DNA of 64,000 nt from a virus. Taxonomy: Duplodnaviria; Caudoviricetes. The stretch spans positions 13,918 to 77,917 of the IMG/VR virus record IMGVR_UViG_3300017747_002922; one strand, written 5' to 3'. Made by a program: the position numbers and the translations under genes. Shown here piece after piece: positions 9,855 to 21,600 of this stretch. The notes under the pieces are model-generated. The model saw nothing but the letters and a program-made list of their open reading frames with translations. It ran no database searches and had not been told where the DNA came from. How positions within the stretch are numbered: position 1 is the first letter of the stretch; every line of letters starts with the position of its first letter.

Positions 9855-12041
9855 ATGGCCGTCGGTCGATTCTACAGCGACAACACCGAAGTGAACGTCG
9901 GCGCCCCCACGCTCGGACGCTTCATGGCCGACTACTTCGGCACCATCAAGGCGATGAACGACGACGCGTTGGCCTACGAACAGGCTGGCGAGGGAACGGA
10001 CGCCGCGGACCTCGACAAGATGGAGATCGCGGCACGCGAGCGGTTCGCCAAGATGGCCGAGGCGTTGCAGGAAGCGAAGTCTGGCGACTTCCGCAGCACG
10101 AACGACCTCATGCGCACGGTCATCGAGGGCGGCGTGTCGGAGCGCAACAAGCAGCGGGACGTGTCCGCCGAGATGGCTGGCAACCGCTTGCAGTTGCGTT
10201 CGGACTACCGGAAGATCAGCGCCGACGAGCAGGACGAGTTCCGACGCAAGACCGCGACGAAGCCGGAGACAGACGCCGCGATCGACGGGTTCGCGGCGAT
10301 CGTGCGCAACGACCGGAACGAACCCGCGTCCACCGTGACCGAGAAGATCGTCCAGCAACTTCGCCAGTTCGCGACTGCGGAGAAGGCGGGCGGCGAGTCC
10401 GACCCGAAGTTCGTCGCGATGGTCGTCCGCGCCCTGAACGCGGTCAAGGACGAGCCCCGCGGCGCCGAGATTGCGGCGCAGGTTCAGCAGCAGGTGCTCC
10501 CCGACAGCGTACGGCGCGGACAGACCGCAGGCGACTACCTCATGCAGATCATGCCGCCGACCCGCTCGCAGGTCGACGAGGAGGCCGAACGCGTCATCCG
10601 TGAAACCGGCGGGGCCGGTGCTCGTGGTTCGATGATCGAGGACATCCGGTCGGTGGGCGGCGACCCGAACGAGATCGGCAAGATGGCCGGCGTGAGCGCG
10701 TCCACGTCCACGAAGACCAAGGGCCCGAGCGGTGGCGGTTCCGCCGCCCCCGTTCGTGAGGGCGGGTCGGTGAGCATGGAGGGGATGTCGCCCGATGCGA
10801 TCCGTGCGTACCAGAGCGCGAGTGCGAGCGGGTCCGACCCGTACGCCGCCATGCTCGCCGCGATGGAGGCGCAACAGGCGTACATCGCGGACGTGGCCGC
10901 ACGTCGGAAGGAAGCCGCCGCGAAGGGCCGCCCGTCGCTCTACCCGCGCCCGAACGCCTACACCGTGAGCCCGAACCGCGCCGTGCCCGAGGCGGTCCAG
11001 CGGTCGATCCGCAAGGTCGGCAACATGGACCCCGGGCAGTTCGAGGCATGGGACACCGCGTTGGCCCGCAACGGCGGCAACATCGACCGCGCGTACAAGG
11101 AGATGGGCGGCACCCCCGAACGCCGCTACTCCGTGAAGGATTACGCCGCGTCCGAGTTCGAGGCCGGCGGTGGATTGGGTGCGCTGATCGCCGACAACCT
11201 GACCGTGTCCGCGGCCCCTCATTCGACCACGAGCAAGGGCGCGGAATCCCCACTTTCCGGCACCATGAAGATGATCGCGGCGCTCCCCAAGGAGGTCCGC
11301 GACCTGTTCGGTGAGTCGGTCATCTACGCGGAGAACGGCAAGTACGACGAGGCCATCGCCGCCGCTCGCGCCGTTGCCGACGATGACGTGCGCGCCGCGT
11401 TCGGGACCTCCCTGCGCCGCGCGTCGGATGACCCGAAGGCATTGGCCGAGGTGCTGAACGGACTCGCGGCCCTTCCCGAGAGCGTGACGGGCGAGTGGGG
11501 CGGGGCCGTACGCAACGCCATCGACGAGCACGCGCGTTCGTTGCCGAAGGTGGGCGCGAGGGCGGACGAGGTGCTGCGCGGGAACCTGGACCGCTTGGGG
11601 GGCGCGTTGGAGGGGTCCGGCGTGTCGAAGGCGAAGCGGGCGCGCAAGGAGGAGGCGGAACAGATCGAGGTCAAGGACCAGGCGGCGTACGATGCCGGCG
11701 CGAAGTCCGTCCGCGACGCGCTCGATCAGGGCATGGCGATGGAGGACATCCGGTCGGCGTGGAGCAAGGCGGCCGACTCCGAAACCAAGCGCGGGGCCCT
11801 CGAAGCGGCCCGCAGCGCGTACGAGAACGACTACCGGCGCACCGCCAAGGAGATGCCGATGGTTGAGCGTGGGGTCGACACCGTGTCTCCCGCGCGCCCT
11901 GGCACCGTGAAGGCCCCCGTCGTCGAGTCCGAGGTCAAGATCGAGGAAGACGATCCATTCGCCTCGTTCGCCGCCGAGTTCAAGACCGAATCCGCACCCG
12001 AGGAGGACCTGTTCGCGTCCTTCGCAAAGGAGTTCAAGTGA
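9855..12041 (+). CDS. Internal virion (ejection) protein, 728 aa
   Basis: Long helical Ala-rich ORF with high GC3 in this frame; synteny. Confidence 0.55.
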   Translation: MAVGRFYSDNTEVNVGAPTLGRFMADYFGTIKAMNDDALAYEQAGEGTDAADLDKMEIAARERFAKMAEALQEAKSGDFRSTNDLMRTVIEGGVSERNKQRDVSAEMAGNRLQLRSDYRKISADEQDEFRRKTATKPETDAAIDGFAAIVRNDRNEPASTVTEKIVQQLRQFATAEKAGGESDPKFVAMVVRALNAVKDEPRGAEIAAQVQQQVLPDSVRRGQTAGDYLMQIMPPTRSQVDEEAERVIRETGGAGARGSMIEDIRSVGGDPNEIGKMAGVSASTSTKTKGPSGGGSAAPVREGGSVSMEGMSPDAIRAYQSASASGSDPYAAMLAAMEAQQAYIADVAARRKEAAAKGRPSLYPRPNAYTVSPNRAVPEAVQRSIRKVGNMDPGQFEAWDTALARNGGNIDRAYKEMGGTPERRYSVKDYAASEFEAGGGLGALIADNLTVSAAPHSTTSKGAESPLSGTMKMIAALPKEVRDLFGESVIYAENGKYDEAIAAARAVADDDVRAAFGTSLRRASDDPKALAEVLNGLAALPESVTGEWGGAVRNAIDEHARSLPKVGARADEVLRGNLDRLGGALEGSGVSKAKRARKEEAEQIEVKDQAAYDAGAKSVRDALDQGMAMEDIRSAWSKAADSETKRGALEAARSAYENDYRRTAKEMPMVERGVDTVSPARPGTVKAPVVESEVKIEEDDPFASFAAEFKTESAPEEDLFASFAKEFK

Positions 12042-12673
12042 ACCGTGAAGAACTGATCCAGAAGGCCATCGCCCTCGGACGCACCCCCGAAGATGCCGCG
12101 AAGATCGCCGACGCGTGGATTGCGCGACAGGACGAGTCCAAGGGCGAGAAGAAGACCGCCCCCAAGGCCGCACCCGCAACCAAGGCGCCCCCGAAACCCC
12201 CCGCCGCGAAGACCCCGGAACCGCCGAAGCCGTCGCCCGTAGTTGCGGCGCAGGTGCCGAAGGTGGGCACGAAGACGTACGGGGCAGAACCGCCGCCAAC
12301 CCCGATGTACGAAAGCGCGTTGCCCGACAGTCCGCTCCGGCTGCCGACCCGGCGCGACGAACCGGAGATCGACATCATGGGTCGTGGTGGCCTCTGGCTT
12401 GACCGCGAGGCCGCCGCCAAGGCGCAGGCCAAAGACCGCGCGCGCGAGGCGGCGAGCGCGCCCACGGCCCCCTCCGTGATGAGGTACGCCGCCGAAGAGG
12501 ACGTGCGCGACTACTCGAACGGCGGCGGGTGGCAGTTCACCGCGCCCCGCGAGGTCCAGGCCATGCGCGAGGCGTTGCGCAAGGTGCCTCGGCTGGCCGA
12601 AGGGCTCGACGACGCCTCCGACGAGGATGTTAGGGCCGTCTACGAAGAAGAGATCGTCAAGGCACGGAGGTAG
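12038..12673 (+). CDS. Virion-associated hypothetical protein
   Basis: GGAG RBS, GTGA overlap, Pro/Lys-rich linker. Confidence 0.55.
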   Translation: MNREELIQKAIALGRTPEDAAKIADAWIARQDESKGEKKTAPKAAPATKAPPKPPAAKTPEPPKPSPVVAAQVPKVGTKTYGAEPPPTPMYESALPDSPLRLPTRRDEPEIDIMGRGGLWLDREAAAKAQAKDRAREAASAPTAPSVMRYAAEEDVRDYSNGGGWQFTAPREVQAMREALRKVPRLAEGLDDASDEDVRAVYEEEIVKARR

Positions 12674-12676
12674 ACG

Positions 12677-15600
12677 GTGGGCAAGTACCTCGACGCTGTT
12701 CGGGCCAGTCGCGAGGCCGTCAATGCTGTTCCGGTTGCCGAGGTGCCGCCCCCTGCCGAACCGGTGCGGGTGGACGATTCGGCGCCAGCCCCGTCGTACC
12801 TTGAGCGGGTTCGGGCCAGTCGCGAAAATGTCGGCGACCGCGCCCCGACCGTCCGTGTGGATGCGTTGAAGGAAGACCTGGCCCGCGGTGGTGCCTTGCT
12901 CGCGACCGCGACCCGCGCCGAACGCAAACGCGAGGGCGCATCCGACGAAGAAGCCGACGCCGCCGCGAAGGCGATCACCGACACCGCACTCGTCCTCGGC
13001 GACAACGCGGATTCGGGCCGGGTGCGTGAGGCGTTGGCGGCCCGCGTGGGCGTCGACACGCTCGACAAGGCGATGACGCGCGCGTTCGGTCAGCGGATCA
13101 TGGAGGTCCCGTTGGCGGCCCCCACGACGATCGAGCGTCAGGCCCGGTTGCGCGAGCAGGAGCGCGAGAACCGTTCCGTCGAGAAGGGGTTGGCCGCCGC
13201 ATGGAACGGCGAGGGCACCGGAGAGCGTCAGGCCGAGGAGGGGGAGATCCGCCCGTGGGTTGAGGCGGTCGATCGTCTCGGATGGAACTCGGGCGAAGAC
13301 GTGCTCACGTCGGTGTTCAGCGGCGGACTCGTCCCTGCCTACAAGTTGATCACGAACGCCCCCGAGATCGTGAAGGGGTACGCGACCGACAAGGATGTCC
13401 AGAAACTCACGGGCATGGCCGGGTCCGCGATGTCGGCTGGCGTCGCCCCCTTGCTTTCTGGCGGCGAAGACCCGTTCAGCCGGACGATCCGCGCCATGGC
13501 CGTGTCGTCCGGACTGCCCGACGTCACCGCCGAGGGCATGGACGCGTTGGGGTTTGACTCGTACTCCGTGAGCGAGTTCGCCGACAACGTCCACGCCAAG
13601 CCCGAGTTTGACGCCGCCGCGTACGACCTCGTGACCAAGGGCGACCGTGCCGCGTTCGAGGCGGTCCCGTTCAACAAGCTCCCCGAGATGGCGAAGGGCG
13701 AGCTTGTGGACGCCGAACGCGTGCGCGAGGCCATCCGCAACGGCACGCCCGGGTTCGAGGGGTTGGCCGGCATGGAAGGACTGCGCGACGACGTGCTGTC
13801 CACGCAGGCGTCGTTCCTGCCCGTCAGCGTCATCCGGTCGATCCAGCCAGACGCGGTCCCCGACGACCTCCGAATCAAGGACGTGTTCGCCAAGCGCGAG
13901 GCCGCAAAGCCGTGGCGCGGCGACGACATGGGGATGAGCGCGGCCCGGTTGATGAACAGCGCCCTGTTGCGCCCGGCCGGCGATGGCAAGACGCTGATGG
14001 TGGCCCCCGGTCGCTTTCAGGAGTTGTTGCGGTTCGCCAACGCTGTGCCCGCCGCGTTGATGAACGTGGACGCGGGCACCGACACGCCCGTCCTGAACCT
14101 CCCGCTGGCCCTCCCGCGCGCCGCCCTGTACGCCGCCGAGGCCATGGGCGTCCCGGGTGCCGAGAACGTGCGCGGCAAGGTAGAGGCGTTCAAGGTTCCC
14201 ACCACGGCCGGCGTCGAGTCCATGATCCAGTCGGGCGAGTACGACGACCTGTTGGAGTCCATGGGGTTCTTCACGTCCGACACGTACGCGAACCGCTACG
14301 ACCCCGAATCGACGTGGCTGTCCCGCACCCTGACCGAGATCGCGAACCCCGACGCCGCCGGCCAGTACCTCGGCGACACCTACGAACGATTGGGCGGCGA
14401 CCCCGAATCCACGACGGCGCGCGTGTTGGGTACCGCCGACCTTGCGGTGAACGTGCTGATGCCGGCCGAGGAACTGGCGTTGCTCCCGATCGCGAAGGCG
14501 ACGGCGGCCACGAACCGGGCCCGTCGTGCCGCAAACGCCGCCCGCGAACTCGGCTTGAACGGAAAGGCCGCGCGAAAGGCTGCAAAGGAAGCGGTGTTCG
14601 TCGGTTCGGACCCTCGGCAAGCGGTCGCCGATTCGCTCACCCGCGCGTCGATCGAGGGGATCCGCGACGGCACCCTGAACCCCGCCAAGGTCCCGCTCGC
14701 CACCAAGAAGGCGATCGAGTCCGTGCTCCGCGCCGCCGGGATGCCCGAGGATCTGCTCACCGTCGAGAAGGGCCGTCCGCACGCCAAGATTTGGGATGAC
14801 CTCGCCGACCGCCGCGCCCGCATCCTCGAAACGGCGGCGGACTTCGAGACGATCGGTGGCCCGGCCACGCAGAAGTTGCGCGCGTCGCCCGAGTATCGCG
14901 CGGTTGCAGATCAGTTGGACGTCTTCACGCGCACCCGTTCGATGACGCCCGACGAAGAGGCAGCGGTTGCGGCGGACGTGGCGGCGGGACGTGTGCCGAA
15001 GATGACGGGCAACCTGTCGATGCGTGATCGTGACCTCGTGTTGCGGTTCCTCGAAGCGGCGGCGTTTCGGGCAGCAGACGACGGGGTGGTCAAGTCCCCC
15101 GAAGAATACTTCGCCCGCCACTCGTGGGAGGTCGGCAAGGAGGGGGAGGCGTTGCCGGCGGGCACTCTGAACCAGACGACCACCGTGCGTTCTGGCGAAG
15201 AGTCCATGAAGAAGTACGGGTTGGAGCCCGGCAAGAAGTACACGAATCGGCAGGTCGCGGAAGCGTTGGAGAAGCGCCAACGCGCAAAGTACGGTTCGAT
15301 CGCCGCCGAGGATCGCAGTCCGGAGGCGAGGGCAAAGATCGCGAAGTGGATCCGCGACGAGGTGCTGTTCTCCATCAACAACCCCAAGAAGTCCGGGGTT
15401 GGGTGGTACTCAACCGAGTTCCAGAAGGCCCTTGACACCGTGGGTGAGCGGTTCCCCGAACTGCTGGACGATCAAGACGCGCGGGATCTGATGACCGTGC
15501 TGTTCGCCATCACCAGCGACGGGAAGTCGGTACCCGACAACCTCAAGCAAGCACTGGACTTGTACGAGGCCCGAAAGGTGACCGGATCGTTCACGGAGAT

Positions 15601-18600
15601 GGGCCATTCTTCGTACAGGGACGCACTATCCGACAATCTGGCAACGCTTCAAGACCTCTACGAGTCGCGCACGCCGGCAGAAGTCCGTCAGTACCTCATG
15701 GAGGAGATTACCGTTGCGGACTACAACAAGGCGATGCGGGCAGCGGGAAAGCCTGACGAGGTCATCGACACGTATCAGGGCCACGTACGCATCCCCCGTG
15801 CCGCCGCGGTGCTTGGCGCGAAGTTGGGCGCGTTCTACGCGAACCTCATGGGTGCTGAAGGGTACCTGACCATGGATCGGTGGTGGTCGCGGTCGTTCAA
15901 CCGCTACCGCGGAACGCTCCTGTCGCATGCCACCGAAACCGGGAAGGCGCGGGTCAAGGAGATGCTTGGCAACCCCGACATGTCCGACGCGGACCTGATG
16001 ACGGCAATCAAGCCGATCGTCAAGGCGTACGACAAGAGCGGGTTCAAGGACAAGACTCCCCTCAACGTGGCCGCAAACACGGTGTGGAAGAACGCGAACG
16101 AACTGGAAGATTCGCCGTTCGGTGCCCCTGACCGCACGTTCATGATCGACACCGTGAGGGAGGCACAACGCCTTCTTCGGCAGAAGGGCCACGCCATCAG
16201 TGCCGCTGACATTCAGGCCATCCTGTGGTACTACGAGAAACGCCTCTATGGAGAACTTGGTGCCCGAAACTCCCTCGACGCCGCCTACTCCGACATCGCC
16301 CGAAACGTCATCGACGCCTACAAGCGCGGAGTTCGACCCGGAACACCCGATGTGGGTGCCCCTGTCGCGCGCCAAGGCGTCGATGTCGCCGAAGGCATGG
16401 AACGCCTTGATCGCGTCGATCCCGGCGGCCCCACCCCGGACGTAGGCGCCGAGGCATTCGACGGCGACGCCGCAAACGCTCTCGCCGCCTTGGACGATCC
16501 CGACCGCCTCCTCTCCCAAGAATCCGGCGTCACCCGCGGGTCGATCGAACGCGTGTCCCCCGAACGCGCCGCCGGCACCGACTACGCCAAGGCCGAGATC
16601 GCCCGCCTTGTCGCCGAAGGGTCGTCCGAGGTCGCCGCCGCGATGAAGGTCCGCGACGCCCTCCCGCGTCGGATCGCAGACATGACCGAGCGCGACCTTG
16701 GGATCCGCGACTACTTCACCGGCGGCCCCACGAAGGCGCGTACGGCACCCCGTCGTCCCGCTCGTCCTGATCCGCTTGCAGATCCCGCCGTTGTCGCGGC
16801 ACAACGCGAACTTGACGCGGCGACTGCTGCACGTCAGGCCATTGCCGCCGAGGCGTTGGCGCGCGGCGAGAAACCGTGGTCGTTCCCGCCGTCGCCCGAG
16901 ATGCGCGCGGCGGACGATGTGGTGGAGCGTGCCTACACGCGCCACATGCTCGCGTTGGACCGAGCCAAGTCCGTGCTTCGGTCGGAAGAGGGCGGCGTCG
17001 TTCGCGGGACGATTGAGAGGGTGCCGAGCGATGCCCCCGCCCGTGTCCTGCCCTCGCAGTACGGCGTCACCCCCGAGGATCTGAACCAGACGTCGAAGGG
17101 GATCCCCTACCTCTCCATCACGGTTCAGGACGTGGACACGGACGGAATCAGCATGGAACTGATGTCCGCAGATGGCAGGGCCACGCCCATGCGCGTTCGG
17201 CCCGATGCCGTGGATGCCGAGTTTGGGGAGCGTGTCGGCACGCACATCCGCGACGCGGTGCGCCGGTTTGAGCGCACTGGCGACAACGTCGAAATCCACC
17301 CAGAAGGCGAACTGATCTCCCGGCTGTTCACCAACCCAGACGGCGCACCGGACCATGTCGACGTCCGCACGATGCTGAAAGCCGTTGTGGACATCGCCGA
17401 CGAGACGGACGACATTCTGGCCGCAGAACTCGCGCGCAACCTGCTCGACAACGCTGATTCCGACCTGTTCGCGCGCACATCCGTCGAACTCGTCCCGTAC
17501 GACGGCGAGAACGTGGGGGCGTACTACGACGGGATGGTCACTCTCACGAGGGACGTGGGGCCCCGCGTCGCGCTCCATGAGGCCGCCCACGCCGCGACCT
17601 ACCGCATCCTTCATGCCGACCCTGCGACCCTCTCGGAAGCAGGGCGCACCGCCGTTCGCCGGCTGAACGAGTTGTACGACGAGGTCAAGGCATCGGGTCG
17701 TATTCCGAAGGCCGAATACGGGTTTACCAACATCGATGAGTTCGTGGCCGAGGCATACAGTAACGACGAATTTCAGTCGTGGTTGCGATCGGTTCCGGTC
17801 GCGGGTAGCTCTCGGTCGTTGTGGGACGCGTTCGTTGAGACGATCTCGGAATGGCTTGGGTTGTCCAGTTCCGACGCGTTCGCGCACGTTATGGCGAACA
17901 CGCAGATCGTGATCCGGGAACGACCGAGCGGTGCGACTGCGACACCGTCGGCCCCGCTGTTCTCGCGCAAGGGCGACACGATCCGCGGCGCAATCTCGCC
18001 CGACGCCCGCACCGTCACCGTGGACAACCCCGAGTACGCCGCGTGGGTCGCGAGGGAGGCCGCGCTTTCGGCCGAGGTTGACGCGCTTCGGGACGCGCCC
18101 GCCGCCGTGGGTGCCGAGGTCCCAAACCCCGCCTACCCCGATGCGGTCAAGCAAGTTCAGGCCACCGACGCCGAGATCCGCGACATCAAGCAGCAGGCAT
18201 CGCGCGCGTTCGGCGTCAACCCGGCGTGGACGGCGTGGGAAGCCGAGATCCCCCGGCTGGCGAACGACCCCGAGGCGTTGGGTCGGCACATGGCCGCGCA
18301 ACCCCCGAAGTCCGCGCAGCACGTCAACAACGCCCTGATTGCGCAGAAAGAGGCGGACCTTGCGGCGTTGCGGGCGAACATCCCGCCGAAGACGCTGACG
18401 CAACCCGCGCCTGTTGACCCCGCCATCGCCGCGCGCGAGGCCGACCTTGCCGCGACCCGTGCCGCCGAACCGCCACGGACGGTCACGAAGCCCGACGACG
18501 TGTCTCGCTGGCTGCTCAAGTTGTTCCGCACGGGCGACGTCAAGACCGCGCTTCACGAGGGCACGCACCTCCTCGACCTGATGATGGGCGAGGAGTGGAC

Positions 18601-21600
18601 GCGCAAAGCGATGGAGGCCCTTGGCTACGACCCGACGGGGCCGATCACGACGGAGGTTCGGGAGCGCATCGCCGAAGCGGGAACGCGTGCGCTTCGGGGC
18701 ACGTTGCGGCCCGGAACCGTGCTCGGGAACGTCATGGAGGACTTGCGCGACACCGTGGGCGACGTGTGGCGGCGGGTCAAGCGTGAACCCGCGGTGACGA
18801 CGCCCGCGTTCCGGAAGTTGTGGGACAAGACCTTTGCGCCCGACGACGCCGAGATGATGGTGGCCGCGCACCTTGTCGACCAGCACGGCACGGGTCCGTT
18901 GGGGCGCGTGGTGACGACGAGCGGCAACGTGGCCGAGGAGATCCGCGAGGGTGCCCAACGCGCCGCGGGCCAGGCCGAGAACGCCGCCAACGTGATGCGC
19001 GCCAATCAGGAGGTGCGGCAGGCGTTGGGCCTCACCAACGACATGGACACGATCGCGGTCGGCGACCTGTTGGGGCGCGCGCTTGCCTACACCGCCACGA
19101 CGCACGCCCTTCGCGGGTGGGGGTTTGGTGACCTTGAAGGACTGACGGCGCGGACGGCGGTTCCGGCGGTACGTGCGAAGCGGATCCGCAACGAGGTAGC
19201 CGCGTACCGAAAGGCGGTCCTCGGAGGCAAAGATGCCCCGGTCCCGACGCTGGTGGACGGGCGCGAAGTGTTCATGCTCAACCGCGACCAGCAGGCCGGC
19301 GTGCGTCGGATGCTCGCGGACCTCGCCAACGAACCCGTGAGTGTCGACCTTCCCGAGCGGTTGCAGGACCCCCGCGCCGACCTTTCGCAGATCACCCGCG
19401 AAGAGTGGGCGAACATCGCGGATCGTCAGTTGGAGGTCCGGGCGGGTGCGGGTGCATGGCGCGACCGTCTCGCCGAACGGGCCGCCGTGTCCGCCGGGGT
19501 GCGCTTCGGGCAGATGGCGATGGACGCCGCCCGCAACCAGCAAAGCGCCGTGTCCGCGGAGGCCAACGCGCTTCGGGACGCGTTCGTCACCACGATCGCC
19601 GCCGACGAGTACCTGAACCCGGCGACGCGCGAAGTGCTGAAGTCGGTGGCGCGCGAGATTGGCGAGTCGGGTTCGCGCGTGAAGAACGCCGTGATCAAAG
19701 CCATGAACGGCGGCGAGAAGGCGTGGGCGGAAGCGTTCAAGGACGTGGCCGCCGCGCTTCCCCCCGAAGTGGTGCCGGTCGAAGAACTCCGCACGCTTCG
19801 GCGCGTGGAACCCCTCGCGACCGCGGACACGTTTGAGCAGGTGGCGACGGGTGCGCCCGAGATTCAACGCCTGTTCACGAACGCGCCGCTGGGCGACACC
19901 GAGCAGACCGTACAGGAGTGGGCGGGGTTGACCGTCATCGACCGCGTGAACTGGCGTGTGCGCGAGGACGGGATGGACTTCACCGCCGCGATCTCGGACG
20001 CCGGCTACACGCTGGATGAGGTCAACGACGCGATGGCCCGCGTACAGGAGGGCATCAAGCGCCGTGTCGCCGTGTTCGACAACCGCGCGAGCGAGATCAT
20101 GCACGCGTTCGCCGGAAGTGACGACGCGCAGGTGTTCGCCGGAATGGATCCCGCACGGTTGGCGGCGGCCAAGTACCGTGCGTACGAGTCGTGGTACACG
20201 GGCGATTGGGCGGACAACCTGTTGCTCAACACCGAACTTGGGCAGGCTGCACGCGGCCCCGTCTACGATCAGGGCATGGCGGTCCTCAACGTCCTGACCC
20301 GCCTCGAAGCGGCGAAGGTGCGGGCATCGCTCGCGCGCAGGCTTGCGGACGTGGGCGTGGTCGCGGATCCGACGTCGTTCCTTCGCGGCGGGGTGCGCCT
20401 TGACCGGCCCTACGTGTTCGGGTCGGCGGCGAACGACGTGGAGGCAATCACGGGCGAGGCGTACAAGCAGGACGTGATGCACTACCTCGCGGCGTTTACG
20501 GGTTGGAAGGTGACGTCCACGAACCGCCTGCCGACCATGGAGACGGAGGGGGTGTTTGTCCCGGGCACAGGGATGCGCGCGGCGTCAGGGTCGGTCAACA
20601 AGGCCGCCGCTTCCGACGCGCTCCGCATGATCCAGTCGTGGGGCATGAAGATGGGCAAGGGGTCGGAGTGGGAGACGATCACCCTTCCCGACGGCGGGCA
20701 GATCGTGATGCCGACCATGTTCCGCGAACCGATCGAGAAGGCGTTGGCGGACTCGGCGCCGCTTGGGGGTGCATTCACGAGCGGGCCGCCGAAGCTCGGC
20801 AACATCGTGCCCGGCACCGACGAACCGATCGCCGCCCACTACCGCGCCGTCAACGCCGCCCTGACCATGCTCGGGACCGCCTACCAGTATTCGTTCGGGA
20901 TGCTGAAGACCGGACTGACGACGGGCATGGGTCCGTTGATCCGGCCGGCGTTCTTCATGGGGCAGTTCATCGGCGGCATGGGGCAGTTGTACCAGGGCGT
21001 CGGGGCGATCAAGGCGTTGGAGATCATGGCCCGTCCGCTGTTGCCGACCGCCGAGGGCCGCATGACGCGCGCTGTCATCGCCAGGATGTGGAACAACGGC
21101 GCGGGGTTGACCGGGACCGGGGCGATGATGCCGGCCGAACTCGGGCGCTTCGATGTGGTCGGGCGGTGGCACTCGGATCAGTCGCTCGCGTCGGGTGCGT
21201 CGCGAGCGGGGCTCAACTCGTCCTTGGTAAAGACCGAGTTCGCGCAGAGCATCGCCGAGGATATCAAGGCGGCCGAACCGACGTTGTGGAACCGCCTCAT
21301 GGACTCGCCGAAGCTGAAGGCCGCCGCGGGTGCCGTCATCGGTGGCGCAGTCGCGGGGCTCGGGGGTGCCGTTGTCGGTGCGGGGGCGTTCGCGTCCTTG
21401 TCGCGGACGTGGCAGGACTTCTTCCGCGAGGCCGCGACCGGGATCGACAACTACTACCGGGTGTCGACCTACATCGGTGAGGTGCTCCGCGGCGTCCCCG
21501 AGGAGCAGGCGGCCGAACTCGCGCGCCGTGTCGCGTTCGACTACAACAACGTCACCGAGTTTGAGAAGAACTACCTGCGCAAGGGCGTGTTGTTCTACTC

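Noticed and set aside
17120-17150. DVDTDG in the giant protein as a virion RNA polymerase DxDGD motif
   Set aside because: It is not DxDGD and there is no double-psi barrel context; it lies inside the peptidase-associated cassette.
15626-20482. 1618-aa antisense ORF, and similar long ones at 852-2588, 9792-12299, 11831-15280 and 20585-22162
   Set aside because: Shadow frames of high-GC3 sense genes: Arg/Gly/His/Val-rich, no motifs, no RBS.
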